Assembly: GCF_003790525.1 (NCBI RefSeq)
Contig: NZ_CP033635.1
Source of the DNA: Escherichia coli
GTDB lineage: Bacteria; Pseudomonadota; Gammaproteobacteria; Enterobacterales; Enterobacteriaceae
Direction: 5' to 3' (one strand)
DNA length: 64,000 nt
Part shown: positions 61,465 through 64,000 of the stretch, in pieces
Position numbering within the stretch: the first letter of the stretch is position 1
Layout of the letters: each line of letters begins with the position of its first letter
Program-made: the position numbers and the translations under genes
Notes under the pieces: model-generated
The model's input: the letters and a program-made list of their open reading frames with translations, nothing else
What the model was told of the DNA's origin: nothing
Databases searched by the model: none

Positions 61465-62884
61465 TCTTTTTCTCCTGCGCCTGATGTTTCTTAAACCAAC
61501 TACGGAAACTCTCTCCGTCAGCTTCAGGAAGATCGCGTGCTTCCATCCAGTCGCTAATCGCGCCAAATTTGAGTGGTGTTTTGCCGCCATTGATAAACCA
61601 GCTTGCCGCATGAGCGCCGGCCATCATCCCGACTTTCCACAATCCTGGATGACTATTGGCATAAGCGAACATTTTTATCGCCCGTTGCTCTGCTTTTGCG
61701 GTGATCCCTTTTTCAGCCATCACCCGACGATGACGCAAAATCAGTTTTGACAGCGGAATACGCACCGGACACACGCTGTCACAAGCGGTGCATAAAGAGC
61801 AGGCGTAGGGTAAATCTTTAAAATCTTTATAGCCGCCAAGTAGCGGAGAAATCACCGCACCAATTGGCCCTGGATAAATAGAGCCATATCCATGACCGCC
61901 AATATGGCGATATGCCGGACAAGTATTCATACAAGCCCCGCAGCGAATACAGCGCAGCACATCCCGAAATTCAGAGGCCAGCACCTCAGAACGCCCGTTA
62001 TCGACAATAACCAGATGAAACTCTTCAGGACCATCAACGTGCCCCGCTTCGCGCGGTCCTGTCAGCCAGGTGTTGTATCCCGTCAAACGTGCACCAACGG
62101 CACTGCGCGCCAGCATGGTGATCAATACATCTACCTCGGCAAACGTGGGGGCAATACGCTCCATTCCCATCACTGCAATATGCGTTTTAGGCAGCGTGGT
62201 ACACATTCGCGCATTACCTTCATTGGTCACCAGGCATACCGAACCGGTCTCTGCCACCGCGAAATTACAGCCGGTAATACCTATTTCAGCACTGAGGAAA
62301 TCTTCGCGGATTTTTTGCCGGATGAATAAGGTCATTGCTTCAGGCGTTTCCGACCCCTCATAGCCCAGACGTTCGTGTAGCACCCGACGGATCTGATGGC
62401 GATCTTTATGAATTGCCGGGACCACAACATGAGAGGGCGGATCTTGATCCAGCTGGAGAATGTATTCACCCAGATCGGTTTCAATCACCTGAATGCCAGC
62501 ATCCTGCAACACATGATTGACACCAATCTCTTCGGTCACCATCGATTTAGATTTCACCACCTTCCGGGCATTTTTGCGTTGGGCAACCTGTAAAATGTAG
62601 CGGGTAGCGTCTTCTTTGGTTTTTGCAAAATAGACGTGACCGCCGTTTTGCGTCACTTTTTCTGAGAGCTGGTACAGATAAGCGTCGAGATTACTCAGAA
62701 CATGATCACGTATCTGGGCGGCCCGATCGCGCCACTCCTCCCAGTGCCCCAATTCATCGACCATTTTTTGCCGATTTGCCCCGATACGCTGCTGCGCGTT
62801 TGCCACCGCTTTGCGCATGATCGGATCTTCAATTTGCTGACGGATGCGTGTCTTAAAATCTGTATTACTGGTTTTGATCGACAT
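61457..62884 (-). CDS. ykgF: LutB-like iron-sulfur protein
   Basis: 475 aa; two 4Fe-4S ferredoxin motifs CIRCGACMNTCP and CSLCTACDSVCP. Confidence 0.85.
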   Translation of the reverse strand: MSIKTSNTDFKTRIRQQIEDPIMRKAVANAQQRIGANRQKMVDELGHWEEWRDRAAQIRDHVLSNLDAYLYQLSEKVTQNGGHVYFAKTKEDATRYILQVAQRKNARKVVKSKSMVTEEIGVNHVLQDAGIQVIETDLGEYILQLDQDPPSHVVVPAIHKDRHQIRRVLHERLGYEGSETPEAMTLFIRQKIREDFLSAEIGITGCNFAVAETGSVCLVTNEGNARMCTTLPKTHIAVMGMERIAPTFAEVDVLITMLARSAVGARLTGYNTWLTGPREAGHVDGPEEFHLVIVDNGRSEVLASEFRDVLRCIRCGACMNTCPAYRHIGGHGYGSIYPGPIGAVISPLLGGYKDFKDLPYACSLCTACDSVCPVRIPLSKLILRHRRVMAEKGITAKAEQRAIKMFAYANSHPGLWKVGMMAGAHAASWFINGGKTPLKFGAISDWMEARDLPEADGESFRSWFKKHQAQEKKNG

Positions 62885-62894
62885 CTTTATATCC

Positions 62895-63614
62895 TCAGCG
62901 GCTCATCAACACTTCAGCAATATGCATCACTTTGACTTTCTGCCCTTCCCGTTGTAATCGCCCACTGATGTTCAGCAGGCAACTCACGTCAGCACCTATT
63001 AAATACTCAGGGCGGACTTCCATCAGGTGCGCAACCTTTTCTTGCACCATCTCGCCGGATATTTCGGCCATTTTAACCGAGAACGTGCCGCCAAATCCGC
63101 AGCAGGTATCCTGTTCAGCAAAGGTCAACAGCTCCAGTCCACGCACATTTTTCAGCAGCGTAAGTGGTTCGTCCTTCACCCCCAGCTTACGGGCCAGGCT
63201 ACAAGATGGGTGATACACCGCTCTCCCTTGCAAACTGGCACCTACATCGACTACCCCTAATGTATTAACAATAAAAGAGGTGAGATCCTGCATACGCGCG
63301 GCAACCTTTTCGGCACGTGATGCCCATTCAGGTTCATCCGCCAGATACGTCGGGTAACTTTTTACGGCATAGGTGCAAGAGCCAGCCGGTGAAATAATGG
63401 GATCGTCGTTATCCTCCAGTGCGGCGATCAGATTTTTCATCCCTGGAATCGCTTCTTTGATATAACCACTATTGATCGCAGGCTGACCGCAGCATCCCTG
63501 TTTCTCCGGGAAATTTACGCGACAGCCGAGTTTTTCCAGTAGCAGCACGGAGTCTCGTGCCATTCTTGATTTCAGGGCGTCACCAATACAGGTGACAAAG
63601 AAATTGACATTCAC
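62895..63614 (-). CDS. ykgE: LutA-like Fe-S oxidoreductase (cysteine-rich CCG domains)
   Basis: 239 aa; CCGQP and CCGFGG motifs. Confidence 0.85.
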   Translation of the reverse strand: MNVNFFVTCIGDALKSRMARDSVLLLEKLGCRVNFPEKQGCCGQPAINSGYIKEAIPGMKNLIAALEDNDDPIISPAGSCTYAVKSYPTYLADEPEWASRAEKVAARMQDLTSFIVNTLGVVDVGASLQGRAVYHPSCSLARKLGVKDEPLTLLKNVRGLELLTFAEQDTCCGFGGTFSVKMAEISGEMVQEKVAHLMEVRPEYLIGADVSCLLNISGRLQREGQKVKVMHIAEVLMSR

Positions 63615-64000
63615 AACTAATACTCCATTACTTCATACCCATTTATGCCCGATGGTTCCCCCCTTCCGGGGGATCAATCATCAATAAATATGGCGTTCTT
63701 TTTTAATTGGCTAGCAACATACCACCCCTCATTTGTATGACAAATGATAATCTTTCATCTAAACTTCAAATGCAATAACTAATTTTATTTCTTTCGGCAT
63801 CGCTCACATTTTATAGGGAAATCGACGATCATTTTTGGCATAAGAAATCCATTTAAAAAGGCTACATCCCTTATACCTATTCAGAGCTACTTATTCAGGG
63901 GTTATTGAGATATACACTGATGGTGTACAAAAAAATCACCGACAATAATCACGTATCAAGTAATAGTCGGGATTTTAGTTAATTGAAGCAATTTAGTTTG

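Overview
This window is a contiguous stretch of an Escherichia coli chromosome (a natural, non-K-12 isolate judging by scattered amino-acid and promoter differences from the lac sequence I remember), running opposite to K-12 numbering. The whole window is syntenic with the well-studied tau–frm–mhp–lac–cyn–cod–prp–yah–bet–ykg region. Gene order is: tauD' (first 31 codons), tauCBA, the yaiS–yaiP–yaiX–yaiO operon, frmRAB, yaiL, mhpT, mhpEFDCBA, mhpR, lacI, lacZYA, cynXST, cynR, codAB, prpEDCB, prpR, yahO, yahN, yahM, yahL, yahK, one complete IS1 with a target-site duplication, yahJ, yahI, yahG, yahF, yahE, yahD, yahC, yahB, pdeL (yahA), betT, betIBA, and ykgGFE. No rRNA, tRNA, CRISPR or prophage genes were found. 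Where the ORF track over-extends a gene upstream, I have trimmed the start to the most likely initiation codon. The two best candidates for undescribed systems are both built from genes of unknown function: (1) yahD–yahJ, which looks like a paralogue of the carbamoyltransferase plus carbamate kinase module of the allantoin cluster, coupled to a Tat-exported cytosine-deaminase-like amidohydrolase; and (2) yaiS–yaiP–yaiX–yaiO, which looks like a cryptic synthase-dependent surface-glycan module. All comparisons with K-12 and all family assignments are from memory and motif reading, not from searches.
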